From positions 7,308,989 to 7,372,988 of the forward strand of contig CAJINV010000005.1 in assembly GCA_905178155.1 (NCBI GenBank): a DNA stretch of 64,000 nucleotides, in the 5' to 3' direction. Shown piece after piece: positions 1-12,115 of this stretch (its first letter is position 1; every line of letters begins with the position of its first letter). The stretch is from Amoebophrya sp. A120. Taxonomy: Eukaryota; Protista; Dinoflagellata. Below the pieces are notes generated by a model. The model saw nothing but the letters and a program-made list of their open reading frames with translations. It did not search any database and had not been told where the DNA came from. The position numbers and the translations under genes were made by a program.

Positions 1-62
1 GGTCAACTTCTACGTCTACTACGACGCAGAAGAAGGAAGGCGAGCGACTAATCTCCGATGAG

Positions 63-2841
63 ATGCACGATCGAACTGTTCAGAACGCGTGCAAAATTGA
101 TGAACTCCATGTGCGATTTTTCAATAATGGCGTTGAACGTGAAGAAGAACTACCTGTACGATGCCGCGATAGCAACGATGCAGTTGAGAAAGAACTTCCT
201 GTACGATTTTCCAATAGCACGACTAACGAATTAGTAGAAGAGCTTCCTGTACGATTTTCGAACTCCCAGAAAGGCCTTGCAGTCGAGGACTGCAACACAG
301 TAACCCCCTGCCCACCATGTACAATTTCGCACTCACCTCGTTGTACGATGCCGCCCGCGGCTCCCTGGAAAAATCAAGAACATCCCGTAAAAGGTGCCAG
401 CGCGCTGGAAGAAGTCCCTCAGCAGGATACAAAGACTGCGCTTGACTCGCGGACTCCGCTCGTCACGTCAGAAGCAGTCGGTAGCAGCAGCACTGGCTGC
501 GCATCTTCCAGTCAACGTCAGGACCAGTTGCAGCACAGCCTCCCCACAAGATACCCACTTCGAGTTGCTTCATCACTGGCGAGCCCAGCCAGGCGGGAGC
601 TAGCAACCAAATTTCAGAACAAGCACTATGTAGACCGTTGGGAGGAGTTAATGAAGTCCGGGGTGGACGCTTCCTGCTTCTGCGCTCCGGAGAGAGACAA
701 CAAGCGAAGGGTTTATTTGAGGGATGAATTCGAAGAAGAGTCGGACTCGTGGTCAGACGATGACCAGCATGCCACAAGCCAACCGCAGCAAGTCGCAGAT
801 ACGCCTAAAGGCGATGAAGGTGCCGGGCCTAGTGCCGGGTGTAGGTACAAGCACCTGTCCCGGTCCCAGGTGCTCTCACTGAGGCAGAGAGGCGTTTATA
901 TGTCGATAGACGCTGCCTCAGTGCGAGAGCATGTATCTTTGGCGCTGCAGTTCAAATTTCCAGAGATCGCTCCCGACCCATTGCCACTAGACCTTCTGGA
1001 GGCGGTGGAGTTCTCCGCCGAGGACGTGAGCAAAAGGCAGAAGGCCCGGCGGGCCGCACTGGATTATTGGGCCGGTAGAAAAGAGGTCCTGAAGGTCGGA
1101 GACTGGCCAGACAGCAGACCGGAACTCAATCGCATCGAGTACAGGCTGATGCAGGAGATGATGGAGATGGTCGGGATCTTCGGCGGGCGCCTCGTGGAGC
1201 GCCTGGAGATCGGTTTTCCGGTTGTTGGGGTTTTCGACGAGCCTGCAGTGTTCGAACGAAAAAACAGGTCTCGTCCCATAACCACTGTTGGTGAGCTCTG
1301 CAATAGCCGCGAGCAGATCCTTCGCGACATCGCTCGAATAGCCGGGCGCGAAGAGCCCGAGGGAGGAGTCAGAGCGAATTTGGGCGAGCTTCATCGAGGA
1401 ATGTGAAGCTGGGGCATTGGATGGCCCCTACGACCTTGATTGCCCGCACGAGAGGAGCAACCTGCCGGAGGACTTTCTCCCGCTGCGCCGCTTTATCGTC
1501 ACGCAGAATTCGCATTCGGGGTCAACTCAGACTTACCGCACGAAGCACCGCCCGTGCGACAATGCAAAGAGGAGCCGCCTGAACGATGGCTGTGCCGTCC
1601 GCACACCCATCCAGTTGATGGGGGGCGAGCACTTGAACGCGACGGCCATCGGGCTATTGCGGGCGCTGCGTAGGTCGACACCACAAGGGGAACCGGTCCC
1701 GGGGGTGAGTTTTATCAAAAAGGACATGAAGAAAGCCTATCGGCAGCTTCTTGCCTACCACCGGTTTGTGGTAGTTGTTGCGAAACACCCGACGACAGGC
1801 AGGCTGCATGGGGCCACGGCCCGGGCTCTCCTATTCGGAGAGGAAGCGGCCGTCATCAACTTCAACATCTACAGCCTAGTTGCGGTTGCGCTCGGCAGGA
1901 GGATCCTGCGACTCCCCCTGACAAGTTACTTCGACGACTTCGCCAACCCCATAGTCTCGGCCGACGTTCTGCAGGCGTCGGCGGATCTTGATCAACTGTT
2001 CTCGTCCTTGCTCCGGATCACATTCGAACCGGACAAGGACGAGATCGGTGAGACCATCAGGTTCCTGGGGGTTTTTCACAGTTTTACCCGCGCCGGAATC
2101 GCCTGCGCGGTTTGTCCCGTGCGGGCTGCTGAGTTGCGGAAGCAACTCAAGCACGCCCTGCACACGGACGCGCTCCGCCGCGACGCGGCGGAGTCGCTGG
2201 CCGGCGCCTTAAGCTTCGCGTGCGGCGCAAACTTTGGTAGAATTGGCAGGGCGTGGCTGGTGCCGATTTATGGACGGGCCCACGCCGCATACAGCGGCGG
2301 AAGGCTCGGGAAAAGACTCCGCCGGGCGCTTGAGTGGTTCGACCAGAACCTGACGCAGTTCAGGTTTACGTGCCCAGTGGAAGCGCACAAAGATACCGCA
2401 GTCGTGTACACCGACGCCTCCGGGCCCGGCCTCATGGGGGTCGTGGTTTTCGTAAATGGCCAGCGGCTGGCCTTGTCGCAGTGGTCGGAACGGTTCGGGA
2501 TGACAATCGAATACTACGAGGCCGAGGCGGTCCTCGTGGCCCTCGTTCGCTTCGCTGATCTCCTCCGGGGTAAAAATATCCTTATGTTGATCGATAACGA
2601 ATCGGCGCAATGTGCTTGTCAAAATGGCACAAGTGACGCCGAACCCGTGTGCGACCTCGTCGGCCGTATTTGGTCGGCCCTTCTCGGTCTCAGTGCCGAA
2701 ATTTGGTTCGAGCGGGTGGAATCCGCCCGCAACATTGCGGACGGCCCTTCGAGGGATTTCTGGGCCGAAATAGAGGCGCTAGGGATTCGAATTGTTGAAA
2801 AAGCTGCCATCCCGCCGGGGATGAAGCTGAAGGATTTATGA
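63..2841 (+). CDS. pol-like ORF (reverse transcriptase + RNase H) of the YR retrotransposon, one frameshift near 1362
   Basis: RT motifs KKDMKKAYRQ, LLFGEEAAV and YFDDF; DIRS-type RNase H motifs VYTDASG, YYEAEAV, IDNESA and RVESARNIADGPSR. ORFs 63-1406 and 1417-2841 join if one G is removed from CCCGAGGGAGGAG (reads ...EEPE/EESERIWASFIEECEAGALDGPY). Confidence 0.85.
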
Positions 2842-3777
2842 TGAAAAGCGTGAAAGAAAGAACGAAGCCTATTGCTGTTGTACAATTTGAAGCCGTAGCT
2901 TTCTGTAAGATGATTCACACCGTGTGCAATGATCTCGATTGTTTCCAGAAGATGACCCGTGTGTGATGATCTCGATTGCGATGCCCTACCTTCCTTGCAC
3001 GATAAGCCGTGGAATGCGGCCGATAGATGCTTCAGATAGAACTTCAACAATCAGACTGAATGATAAATAGGGTGCCGCACGGCACCGAGGACACTCGCAG
3101 CAGCGTGTCGTGCTGAAATTTGAAAAACTTCCTCTACTTCTTGTTTGATGATGATAGCAACCCCACAGTCAAACTCGTCACTCTGCTCTACCGACTAGAA
3201 TTTAACGGACCCGCTCTCGCAACGTTCTCGGTTGTTTCTCCTTTGCTTTCGCATGGCCCGTTTGCCTACCTCATTTCCGAGCGACTTAAACATAAAGAAG
3301 TTCTATTTTTCTACTTAGCCCTAGGTTTCTGAAAGATGTCGTCCTCCTCAGTTGCGCCGACAGCTGAGCAGATCCAAAAGGAGCGCCAGCGGCGGGACTT
3401 GATCGCCGTCTTCAGGAACTGCTCGTGGTTTGATGAGCGCTTCATTTTATCGTTTCGGGCGACGGCGCTCCCCCTTACCAAGAGGCAAAAAACTTCCCTT
3501 CAGCAGCTGCAGCAGCTTGAGCTGGATAGAACAAGGGAGCAGCGTCTCGGTATAGTTTGAGCGTTCATTGCAAATCTGTTATGCGCAGTTCCACCCTGCG
3601 TGGGCGTTCCGCTCGGAAATGCCGTCCCATAATTTTCGCTCCTACACAAGATGCAAGCCAGAACTTAGATCATGAACGCATGCGCGAACTCTAGTGGCTC
3701 TTTCTAGTTGAAAGCCGCAGCTCTTTGTAGTTGAAACAAGCTACGCCCGCTGTTGGGGTGGTCGGGGGGCCGACGGA

Positions 3778-5724
3778 GTGGTGAGCCCTCCCCGACCGGA
3801 TACAGTTCGCGCGAGGATTCGCCCCGCACGGCATGCGCCCGTGGCAGGGGTCACGCTCCACTTTGTGTCGTCGCGTGACCCTCAACTCTTCGTCCTGCCC
3901 GGCCACCTAGAATATGGTGGCTGGGCCGGGCAGCACCTTAGACGGTCGACGCACTCGGCGATTGGGTATTGTGATATGCGGCGACCGGGAATGATACAAA
4001 ATCACCTCGTGCGCACGCACGTCCTACCCAAAACAGCTCCCTACGAGCAATTTTGTGCGCGTCGTGAAAGCGCAGAGCAGCTCGCAGCTGCCTTCTTCTC
4101 GCAGCTCGTAGGTGCTCCTCTAGTGCGCGACCCGCATTTAGAGCGGAATTTGTGTTCGCGCTACGAACGCGCCAGTGCTAGACCTCAGCGCGAGGCCATC
4201 GACCAGGTGCACACCGAGTCGTGTGTCAGCTCGGGCGAACTTAGCTCTTTATCGATTGAGAATAAAAAACTAATGTTCGTTTCACTTGTTAAATTATGGT
4301 TAATTTTGGTCGCGAAATCGATCGCCTTTAGAGCGTGCGCAGGCGCGAAGAGTCGCGCGCGCACGCACATGCGCAAGGCAGCAAGCGCTGCACTTGTCGC
4401 ACTTACACTACGCATGTCATGCGTATTCGCGCCACGCCCGCCCGCCCGTACTTTTGATACAGATGCTTGCAACCCCTTCGCAATCAATTGTTTTACAGAT
4501 TCCGCTCGGACTGAGTTGAGCTGGAGCGTGGACGAAGCAATCCGGCTCTTCGACGCTGGGGGCGATTGCGATGAAGAAGTGAACCCACTTCATGAACGCA
4601 CTACATTGGCCAAGAAGTTACGGACCCTCAACGGCGAGAGCAAAGCGGCGCAAGCCGCGCTGTTGGACGACAGGGCCGACAAATTAGTGGTGAACTCTTT
4701 GGCGGCCTCATCGCGCGTCGGCTACTCGTCCGCGCTTCGGAATTGGGAAAAATTTTGCAAGGCGCGAAACATCGCGGCCTTCCCTATCCAGTTCGCGGAG
4801 GTCCGGCGGTTCCTTTCGCTGGCTAATACCAGTGAGTCCGCCACTCAGTGGCTGGCTGCCTTGAAAAAGGCCTGCGTGGTCATCCGGGCACCCTTCTCCT
4901 TCGCCCCCTTCGAGGAGTTGGAAATTAGCACGCTGATCCAGGGGATCAAGAAGCAGCAGCCGCTGCAGAAGAAGGCGGTCGCGATACTCGGCCCGCACCT
5001 GTCGCTCATCTTGAGCGCCGCAGAGAAGGAGGAAAAAACGGAGCAGGCGATGCTGCTCGCCACGGGGTACTGCTTCCTCATGCGGGTGCAGAATGAGTGC
5101 GTCCCCCTGGAGCGGGCGACGGAAGAGATTCAAGCGATGTCTAGGCCGAGGCCCCAGGATGTTCGCACCGCCGGAAAGCATTCCGCCGTCATTGTCCGCG
5201 ATGACGCCCTGGAGATTATCCTGGCCTCCAGGAAGCAGGAGCAGAGGGGCGTGAAGCTTTCCCGGGGTTGCTTCTGTGGAGGCTTCGATGTTTTTTCGGA
5301 CTATTGCCCCGTCCACGTGCTCGGCAAATTTGTACAAAGCGTCGCACCAGGTGCGCGCCTCTTCCCGAACTGCAGCTATGTCGGCACGCTGCAGCATCTC
5401 CGGGAGGCCTTTGTGAGTCTCGGCCTTCAGGCCCATGGCAAGCCCGGTACTCAATCCCTCCGCCGGGGGGCGCTGCAAACTATGGAGTCGATTAACCCAA
5501 ACGCGACCCAGCTGCTGTCGCTGGGGGACTGGTCTTCGTCCGCAATTCAGGAATACAGGGACCAGCGGCGCACCGAAGCGATCGCGGTCCAGAACACCTT
5601 CCTCCCGCTCGCCCGCGATGGCGAAAGTGACTCCGATTCCGAAGACCCCCCGCCGGCCACCAGCGGCGGGGGCAGCGATGTTGAGGGCGGGCCGCCGGTG
5701 AACGCCGGGCCCCCTCTCACTTAG
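3778..5724 (+). CDS. Tyrosine recombinase of the YR retrotransposon (true start probably downstream of ~4500)
   Basis: SAM-like N-domain (SSRVGYSSALRNWEKFC) and catalytic-like motifs FLMRVQNE (R), SRKQEQ (K), CPVH, GTQSLRRG (HxxR with H>Q), LGDW and IQEY (Y). Confidence 0.85.
   Translation: MVSPPRPDTVRARIRPARHAPVAGVTLHFVSSRDPQLFVLPGHLEYGGWAGQHLRRSTHSAIGYCDMRRPGMIQNHLVRTHVLPKTAPYEQFCARRESAEQLAAAFFSQLVGAPLVRDPHLERNLCSRYERASARPQREAIDQVHTESCVSSGELSSLSIENKKLMFVSLVKLWLILVAKSIAFRACAGAKSRARTHMRKAASAALVALTLRMSCVFAPRPPARTFDTDACNPFAINCFTDSARTELSWSVDEAIRLFDAGGDCDEEVNPLHERTTLAKKLRTLNGESKAAQAALLDDRADKLVVNSLAASSRVGYSSALRNWEKFCKARNIAAFPIQFAEVRRFLSLANTSESATQWLAALKKACVVIRAPFSFAPFEELEISTLIQGIKKQQPLQKKAVAILGPHLSLILSAAEKEEKTEQAMLLATGYCFLMRVQNECVPLERATEEIQAMSRPRPQDVRTAGKHSAVIVRDDALEIILASRKQEQRGVKLSRGCFCGGFDVFSDYCPVHVLGKFVQSVAPGARLFPNCSYVGTLQHLREAFVSLGLQAHGKPGTQSLRRGALQTMESINPNATQLLSLGDWSSSAIQEYRDQRRTEAIAVQNTFLPLARDGESDSDSEDPPPATSGGGSDVEGGPPVNAGPPLT
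3992..4264 (+). repeat. Split direct repeat B, internal copy
   Basis: TGATACAAAATCACC...TCGATTGAGAATA, nearly identical to 5801-6073 (a few substitutions). Confidence 0.9.
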
Positions 5725-5800
5725 TTTTGATGAAGATGTTTGCTTGAGCTCTCTCGCGACTCTCCCGACCTCGACATGGTCTAACACTTGTGCGCGTTAC

Positions 5801-6073
5801 TGATACAAAATCACCTCGTGCGCACGCACGTCCTACCCAAAACAGCTCCCTACGAGCAATTTTGTGCGCGTCGCGAAAGCGCAGAGCAGCTCGCAGCTGC
5901 CCTCTTCTCGCAGCTCGTAGGTGCGCCTCTAGTGCGCGACCCGCATTTAGAGCGGAATTTGTGTTCGCGCTACGAACGCGCCAGTGCTAGACCCCAGCGC
6001 GAGGTCATCGACCAGGTGCACACCGAGTCGTGTGTCAGCTCGGGCGAACTTAGCTCTTTATCGATTGAGAATA
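5801..6073 (+). repeat. Split direct repeat B, terminal copy
   Basis: Near-identical to 3992-4264; identity stops at ...GAGAATA, where host introner sequence resumes. Confidence 0.9.
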
Positions 6074-6835
6074 TATAAAAAATTAATGAAAATCAAAATC
6101 TGTGACGCTAGGGCATGCATCACAGACATCAGGAGTCATGCAAAATGTGCATGACAAACCTGGCAATCTTCCACCAGACCCAGACATTTTTACATTTGAT
6201 ACGCCTACAGCTCGGGCGAAAACTTTGTCAGGGGCGTGTGCGCTCTGGGAAGGTTGCTCGGCCGCGGTACTAGAAGGACAAGTAGAGCTACAAGCTCTGG
6301 CAGCTTTATCGCGGATTGGAAGCTGCTGGAGGAAGAGTTTGTTCTTCCAGTCGAGGGACAGGAAGCTCCAAGTGGAAGCTCTTTGCGAGTTGAAGGTTTT
6401 GACGTCGATAAGGCTGGTGCAAAAGTTCAGGTGGGTTACGACGCAGCAACGCCTTCTTTTTCCTCGTCCTCCGGAAAGCCAAATAAATGCGGACAACATG
6501 ATTCCCCTGACATTGGCGCTGCCCCTGCCTTGTTCCACCGGTCTCCTGGTGGTGCCGCCGAGATGCGCACCACGAGTCCAGACGAAGAGCTGCGGCGCAT
6601 TTCACAGCGAGGAGCACTAGCTGCTTCCGGAGAGGAACTAGCTGCCTTTGCTGCAACGAAGTCTGGTGCGATGGAAGTGGTNNNNNNNNNNNNNNNNNNN
6701 NNNNNNNNNNNNNNNNNNNNNNNNNNNNNNNNNNNNNNNNNNNNNNNNNNNNNNNNNNNNNNNNNNNNNNNNNNNNNNNNNNNNNNNNNNNNNNNNNNNN
6801 NNNNNNNNNNNNNNNNNNNNNNNNNNNNNNNNNNN

Positions 6836-9237
6836 TTTCACTTGTTAAATTATGGTTAATTTTGGTCGCGAAATCGATCGCCTTTAGAGCGTGCGCAGGC
6901 GCGAAGAGTCGCGCGCGCACGCACATGCGCAAGGCAGCAAGCGCTGCACTTGTCGCACTTACACTACGCATGTCATGCGTATTCGCGCCACGCCCGCCCG
7001 CCCGTACTTTTGATACAGATGCTTGCAACCCCTTCGCAATCAATTGTTTTACAGATTCCGCTCGGACTGAGTTGAGCTGGAGCGTGGACGAAGCAATCCG
7101 GCTCTTCGACGCTGGGGGCGATTGCGATGAAGAAGTGAACCCACTTCATGAACGCACTACATTGGCCAAGAAGTTACGGACCCTCAACGGCGAGAGCAAA
7201 GCGGCGCAAGCCGCGCTGTTGGACGACAGGGCCGACAAATTAGTGGTGAACTCTTTGGCGGCCTCATCGCGCGTCGGCTACTCGTCCGCGCTTCGGAATT
7301 GGGAAAAATTTTGCAAGGCGCGAAACATCGCGGCCTTCCCTATCCAGTTCGCGGAGGTCCGGCGGTTCCTTTCGCTGGCTAATACCAGTGAGTCCGCCAC
7401 TCAGTGGCTGGCTGCCTTGAAAAAGGCCTGCGTGGTCATCCGGGCACCCTTCTCCTTCGCCCCCTTCGAGGAGTTGGAAATTAGCACGCTGATCCAGGGG
7501 ATCAAGAAGCAGCAGCCGCTGCAGAAGAAGGCGGTCGCGATACTCGGCCCGCACCTGTCGCTCATCTTGAGCGCCGCAGAGAAGGAGGAAAAAACGGAGC
7601 AGGCGATGCTGCTCGCCACGGGGTACTGCTTCCTCATGCGGGTGCAGAATGAGTGCGTCCCCCTGGAGCGGGCGACGGAAGAGATTCAAGCGATGTCTAG
7701 GCCGAGGCCCCAGGATGTTCGCACCGCCGGAAAGCATTCCGCCGTCATTGTCCGCGATGACGCCCTGGAGATTATCCTGGCCTCCAGGAAGCAGGAGCAG
7801 AGGGGCGTGAAGCTTTCCCGGGGTTGCTTCTGTGGAGGCTTCGATGTTTTTTCGGACTATTGCCCCGTCCACGTGCTCGGCAAATTTGTACAAAGCGTCG
7901 CACCAGGTGCGCGCCTCTTCCCGAACTGCAGCTATGTCGGCACGCTGCAGCATCTCCGGGAGGCCTTTGTGAGTCTCGGCCTTCAGGCCCATGGCAAGCC
8001 CGGTACTCAATCCCTCCGCCGGGGGGCGCTGCAAACTATGGAGTCGATTAACCCAAACGCGACCCAGCTGCTGTCGCTGGGGGACTGGTCTTCGTCCGCA
8101 ATTCAGGAATACAGGGACCAGCGGCGCACCGAAGCGATCGCGGTCCAGAACACCTTCCTCCCGCTCGCCCGCGATGGCGAAAGTGACTCCGATTCCGAAG
8201 ACCCCCCGCCGGCCACCAGCGGCGGGGGCAGCGATGTTGAGGGCGGGCCGCCGGTGAACGCCGGGCCCCCTCTCACTTAGTTTTGATGAAGATGTTTGCT
8301 TGAGCTCTCTCGCGACTCTCCCGACCTCGACATGGTCTAACACTTGTGCGCGTTACTGATACAAAATCACCTCGTGCGCACGCACGTCCTACCCAAAACA
8401 GCTCCCTACGAGCAATTTTGTGCGCGTCGCGAAAGCGCAGAGCAGCTCGCAGCTGCCCTCTTCTCGCAGCTCGTAGGTGCGCCTCTAGTGCGCGACCCGC
8501 ATTTAGAGCGGAATTTGTGTTCGCGCTACGAACGCGCCAGTGCTAGACCCCAGCGCGAGGTCATCGACCAGGTGCACACCGAGTCGTGTGTCAGCTCGGG
8601 CGAACTTAGCTCTTTATCGATTGAGAATATATAAAAAATTAATGAAAATCAAAATCTGTGACGCTAGGGCATGCATCACAGACATCAGGAGTCATGCAAA
8701 ATGTGCATGACAAACCTGGCAATCTTCCACCAGACCCAGACATTTTTACATTTGATACGCCTACAGCTCGGGCGAAAACTTTGTCAGGGGCGTGTGCGCT
8801 CTGGGAAGGTTGCTCGGCCGCGGTACTAGAAGGACAAGTAGAGCTACAAGCTCTGGCAGCTTTATCGCGGATTGGAAGCTGCTGGAGGAAGAGTTTGTTC
8901 TTCCAGTCGAGGGACAGGAAGCTCCAAGTGGAAGCTCTTTGCGAGTTGAAGGTTTTGACGTCGATAAGGCTGGTGCAAAAGTTCAGGTGGGTTACGACGC
9001 AGCAACGCCTTCTTTTTCCTCGTCCTCCGGAAAGCCAAATAAATGCGGACAACATGATTCCCCTGACATTGGCGCTGCCCCTGCCTTGTTCCACCGGTCT
9101 CCTGGTGGTGCCGCCGAGATGCGCACCACGAGTCCAGACGAAGAGCTGCGGCGCATTTCACAGCGAGGAGCACTAGCTGCTTCCGGAGAGGAACTAGCTG
9201 CCTTTGCTGCAACGAAGTCTGGTGCGATGGAAGTGGT
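6836..9237 (+). repeat. Duplicate of 4280-6681 on the other side of an N gap (probable scaffolding overlap), includes second YR ORF 6862-8280
   Basis: Constant 2556-bp offset, identical translations, both copies end exactly at the gap edges. Confidence 0.85.
8630..8757. mobile_element. Right half of an introner (CCAGACCCAGAC family) interrupted by the YR element
   Basis: Ends ...CCAGACCCAGACATTTTTACATTTGATA and aligns with the right half of the complete element at 61838-62106. Confidence 0.8.
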
Positions 9238-12115
9238 TTCACGGGGGAAAGAACTGTCGAACAACGCTGCAGACCAAACGCCGCTGCTGCGCCAGGCGAC
9301 GTCACATGGGAAATCCGAGACGGACGAGGTAGCGACGAGTGCTGTGGTTGCGGAGGATGAAGAAGGAGCGTCTTGTATGCAAGATACAGTTCTCACGCCA
9401 GCAGGCAGCTCGATTACTTCCCCGCCTCATCTCCCGCAATTTTTATCTCCGGAAGATCCGGCAGGTCAAGAAGGCTCCCCCACCTCTGGAGGTGGAGGTC
9501 CAGCGGAGATGGAAAATAATCAATTCGCGGAAATAAATCTCCTCCGCCTCACCTCCGCCATTCGGGAAAACGCGCGGCAGCGGGTGGAGAGGGAATTCCT
9601 GGTGGAAGATTTGCTGCACCATGCGGCGACGAGAAGGAATGGATATGAAACAAAAAGAAGGCAGGGTGTAAAAATATCGGCACAAAGCGAGGACAAAAAG
9701 GTCCAATTACAACACGAAGGAACGAAGCCGCCGACTTTGCTGCACGACAGCGAGAATGCGCGGACTCTCCTTCCTATCGTCGCGCTTCTCGAGGCGTTGC
9801 ACTCCTTGCAGGCGCTGGACTGCGGGCTGTTTTTGGCGATTCTAAAACGCGTGAGGCCGCTGCTGGTTGTTGAGCCGTCGAGGGCGGTGGGAGACGAGGT
9901 AGAATCTTCAGCAGCATGTTTCTCTACTTCGTCTTCACGAGCGGCTGAACGATCAGAAGAAGAACAACTGGCATCCAGTGGAAGTAGTGTGCCATCAAAG
10001 ACTAGCGCAGGAGCAAGCGATAAAAACGAAGTTGATGTAGCGGACAACTATGAAGATTGTAGCAGCAGCGGGGAGGCGGGGGCCGATGGCGAAGATGATC
10101 ATAGGTCCAAGAACCTCCATGCGAGAGCCGCGAGATTGACATCTTCAGCCTCTGCAAGCAAGCGTTCTAGGAACGATAAGAAGAGGAAGATGAAGAGCAT
10201 CAAAGCGCGTTACGTGTACACGCGGAATCGAAAGTTGGAGCGGAAGGAGTATTTGAAACGAGAGTACGAGAAGCATGTTCTGGCGAAACAGAAGGACGCA
10301 CTGACCAGCTTTCAAAGATTTTTCCTTATCGGAATGCAGTATGTGTACTACTATCCTAGGCACGACGACCTCCACGTGGCGGACGCGGACGTCGGTAAAA
10401 ATATTGGAACGAATGAAAATAAGAATCATTATCTTCACGCACGACACGGCAACCTAAACTTTTATGCTCGACATCTGGGGTTGAAATTGAAAACATCGCA
10501 AGATCAGTGTCACGAGGCAAAAATGACAGCGCAAATTGAAGACGCCAGACACGTTCTACACAACCTGTTTTACGAACGGTGCATAGGGGACGAGGGAGTT
10601 TCGACGTATAGGGAAGGGAGGAAGGGGCGGGGGGCGACATTTGTTTCGCAGAACAAGGAACTACGTGTTGAAGCCGGCGAATCATGCGAACAAGTAGCGA
10701 TGAATGAAAACGATAACGAAGTTGCTCTTCTTGAAGATGAAGTGGCAAGAACACCGAACAGGAGCCCCGATCTTTCGGCACTCGCCGGCGCTCCAGTAGC
10801 CACCTCCGGTCAGCAGCACAGTGTCAGAAACCTGATTGCCTTTGCGAGTCGCTTGATATCATCTCAAGTAGGTGCCTCTTCGCGCAGGCCTTTGGAAGTA
10901 GCAGTGCCGTCTTCGACTTGGTCCGCAAACACAAGACTATCAGCTGCTGCGTCGCTAAGCGCAACAGCGCCTCTGCCCATCTGGATAACAAATCTCTTGC
11001 TCCAGGTGAGTCGCCAGATCCCGCAGGAAAAAAGATTTTCGAAGAAGAACACAGCAAGTGAAGACGCAAAGATGAGAACTACTGCGGCAAGAACCGAGTC
11101 CAGGGATGAATGCGAGAAGCTTTGCCTTTCTCTCGAACAAGACCCGGACACAGACGCGCAAGCGCGATTCATAAAACAACTAACCCAATGCCTGTTTTAC
11201 TTTGAAGTTTACGGCGAAAGAAGTAGAAGCGATAGCAGTTCTGGTTCTCATGAGGCTTGTTCAGTTTCTGTTTCTCATGCGCCGTCTCCAGCACGACGAG
11301 ATGAAAATCTCGACCACAAGGACCACGATGATTCTGCAGCACAAGTAGCACAAATGATCCGGAAGACCTGTCTGCCGTTTCTGATCGAGTTGCAATCTGA
11401 ATTGTTGACGGCGGCAACAGTCGGGAAACGCGAGTTTCTGCACAAGCCCGCCTACTCCTACCCCATGAAAGACACCGTCGTGATGATTCTGAAGCTGATC
11501 CGGCTGTACAACTCGTCCGGTTCGTTTTCTTGCAACTCTACTACTTGTGCTGATGAAGCTGAAGGTGAAAAAGTAGGGCCAAGCGACACTTTTTTCTCCA
11601 CGATCGCTGATGAGTATTTACGTTCAACCTCCGTCTTCTGCGGGGAGCAGGAAAAGAAGAAGTTTTTTCAGCCACCCACGAGGGGAAATGACATTGAAAT
11701 AGCGGGTAGTGGTACTAGTAGTGCAACATCACCTACAGAACTCAAAAATCTACTGCCTCAGCAGAACCACAAAACCGGCGGCGAGGAAAGCGAGAACGGC
11801 AACACCGGCGCGTCTTTATTGCGACGTGAAGATCATCATGCAGCCAGGTTCTTGTACAACTACGATGCTTTGTCACAAGAAGAATTCAATGCGCTGATGC
11901 TGGGCGAGAATGGAATCGAGGAGGAAAAGAAGAACCAGACCGCGTGGGAGAGTCATGAGCATGTTGCTTTTTCTTCCCCTAGTACGTCGACCCGTGCAGA
12001 ACGTTACTCCTTCAATACACCTAATGAGAGTTGTAATTTTATCATGAGCGAGGGAGTACCAATACTACATCAAATTCAAAGCCAAGAAACTCAAACAGCC
12101 AGGGCGCACTTGTGA
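8759..12115 (+). CDS. Large exon (~1,120 codons) of an uncharacterised, low-complexity host protein; earlier exons lie left of the window
   Basis: The frame of ORF 8792-12115 stays open back to the introner end at 8757. No recognisable domain; Ser/Glu-rich with a basic stretch. Confidence 0.65.
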   Translation, partial: AYSSGENFVRGVCALGRLLGRGTRRTSRATSSGSFIADWKLLEEEFVLPVEGQEAPSGSSLRVEGFDVDKAGAKVQVGYDAATPSFSSSSGKPNKCGQHDSPDIGAAPALFHRSPGGAAEMRTTSPDEELRRISQRGALAASGEELAAFAATKSGAMEVVSRGKELSNNAADQTPLLRQATSHGKSETDEVATSAVVAEDEEGASCMQDTVLTPAGSSITSPPHLPQFLSPEDPAGQEGSPTSGGGGPAEMENNQFAEINLLRLTSAIRENARQRVEREFLVEDLLHHAATRRNGYETKRRQGVKISAQSEDKKVQLQHEGTKPPTLLHDSENARTLLPIVALLEALHSLQALDCGLFLAILKRVRPLLVVEPSRAVGDEVESSAACFSTSSSRAAERSEEEQLASSGSSVPSKTSAGASDKNEVDVADNYEDCSSSGEAGADGEDDHRSKNLHARAARLTSSASASKRSRNDKKRKMKSIKARYVYTRNRKLERKEYLKREYEKHVLAKQKDALTSFQRFFLIGMQYVYYYPRHDDLHVADADVGKNIGTNENKNHYLHARHGNLNFYARHLGLKLKTSQDQCHEAKMTAQIEDARHVLHNLFYERCIGDEGVSTYREGRKGRGATFVSQNKELRVEAGESCEQVAMNENDNEVALLEDEVARTPNRSPDLSALAGAPVATSGQQHSVRNLIAFASRLISSQVGASSRRPLEVAVPSSTWSANTRLSAAASLSATAPLPIWITNLLLQVSRQIPQEKRFSKKNTASEDAKMRTTAARTESRDECEKLCLSLEQDPDTDAQARFIKQLTQCLFYFEVYGERSRSDSSSGSHEACSVSVSHAPSPARRDENLDHKDHDDSAAQVAQMIRKTCLPFLIELQSELLTAATVGKREFLHKPAYSYPMKDTVVMILKLIRLYNSSGSFSCNSTTCADEAEGEKVGPSDTFFSTIADEYLRSTSVFCGEQEKKKFFQPPTRGNDIEIAGSGTSSATSPTELKNLLPQQNHKTGGEESENGNTGASLLRREDHHAARFLYNYDALSQEEFNALMLGENGIEEEKKNQTAWESHEHVAFSSPSTSTRAERYSFNTPNESCNFIMSEGVPILHQIQSQETQTARAHL

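Larger units (their letters stand above)
1..6073 (+). mobile_element. Tyrosine-recombinase (DIRS/PAT/Ngaro-like) retrotransposon, left end outside window
   Basis: RT-RNase H ORF followed by a YR ORF on the same strand. A 273-bp repeat lies internally (3992-4264) and again at the right end (5801-6073), as expected for split direct repeats. The right end is repeated at 8357-8629 in the duplicated contig end. Confidence 0.85.

Noticed and set aside
1340-1420. Programmed frameshift in the YR element pol
   Set aside because: No clear slippery heptamer; a single extra G (mutation or sequencing error) explains it.
4708-8343. 359-aa minus-strand ORFs and other short overlapping ORFs
   Set aside because: Antisense shadows of GC-rich coding regions, or frames that read through introners.
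4280-9237. Tandem duplication giving two tyrosine recombinase genes
   Set aside because: Copies look identical, include flanking host exon sequence and end exactly at the N gap; most likely an unmerged contig overlap.
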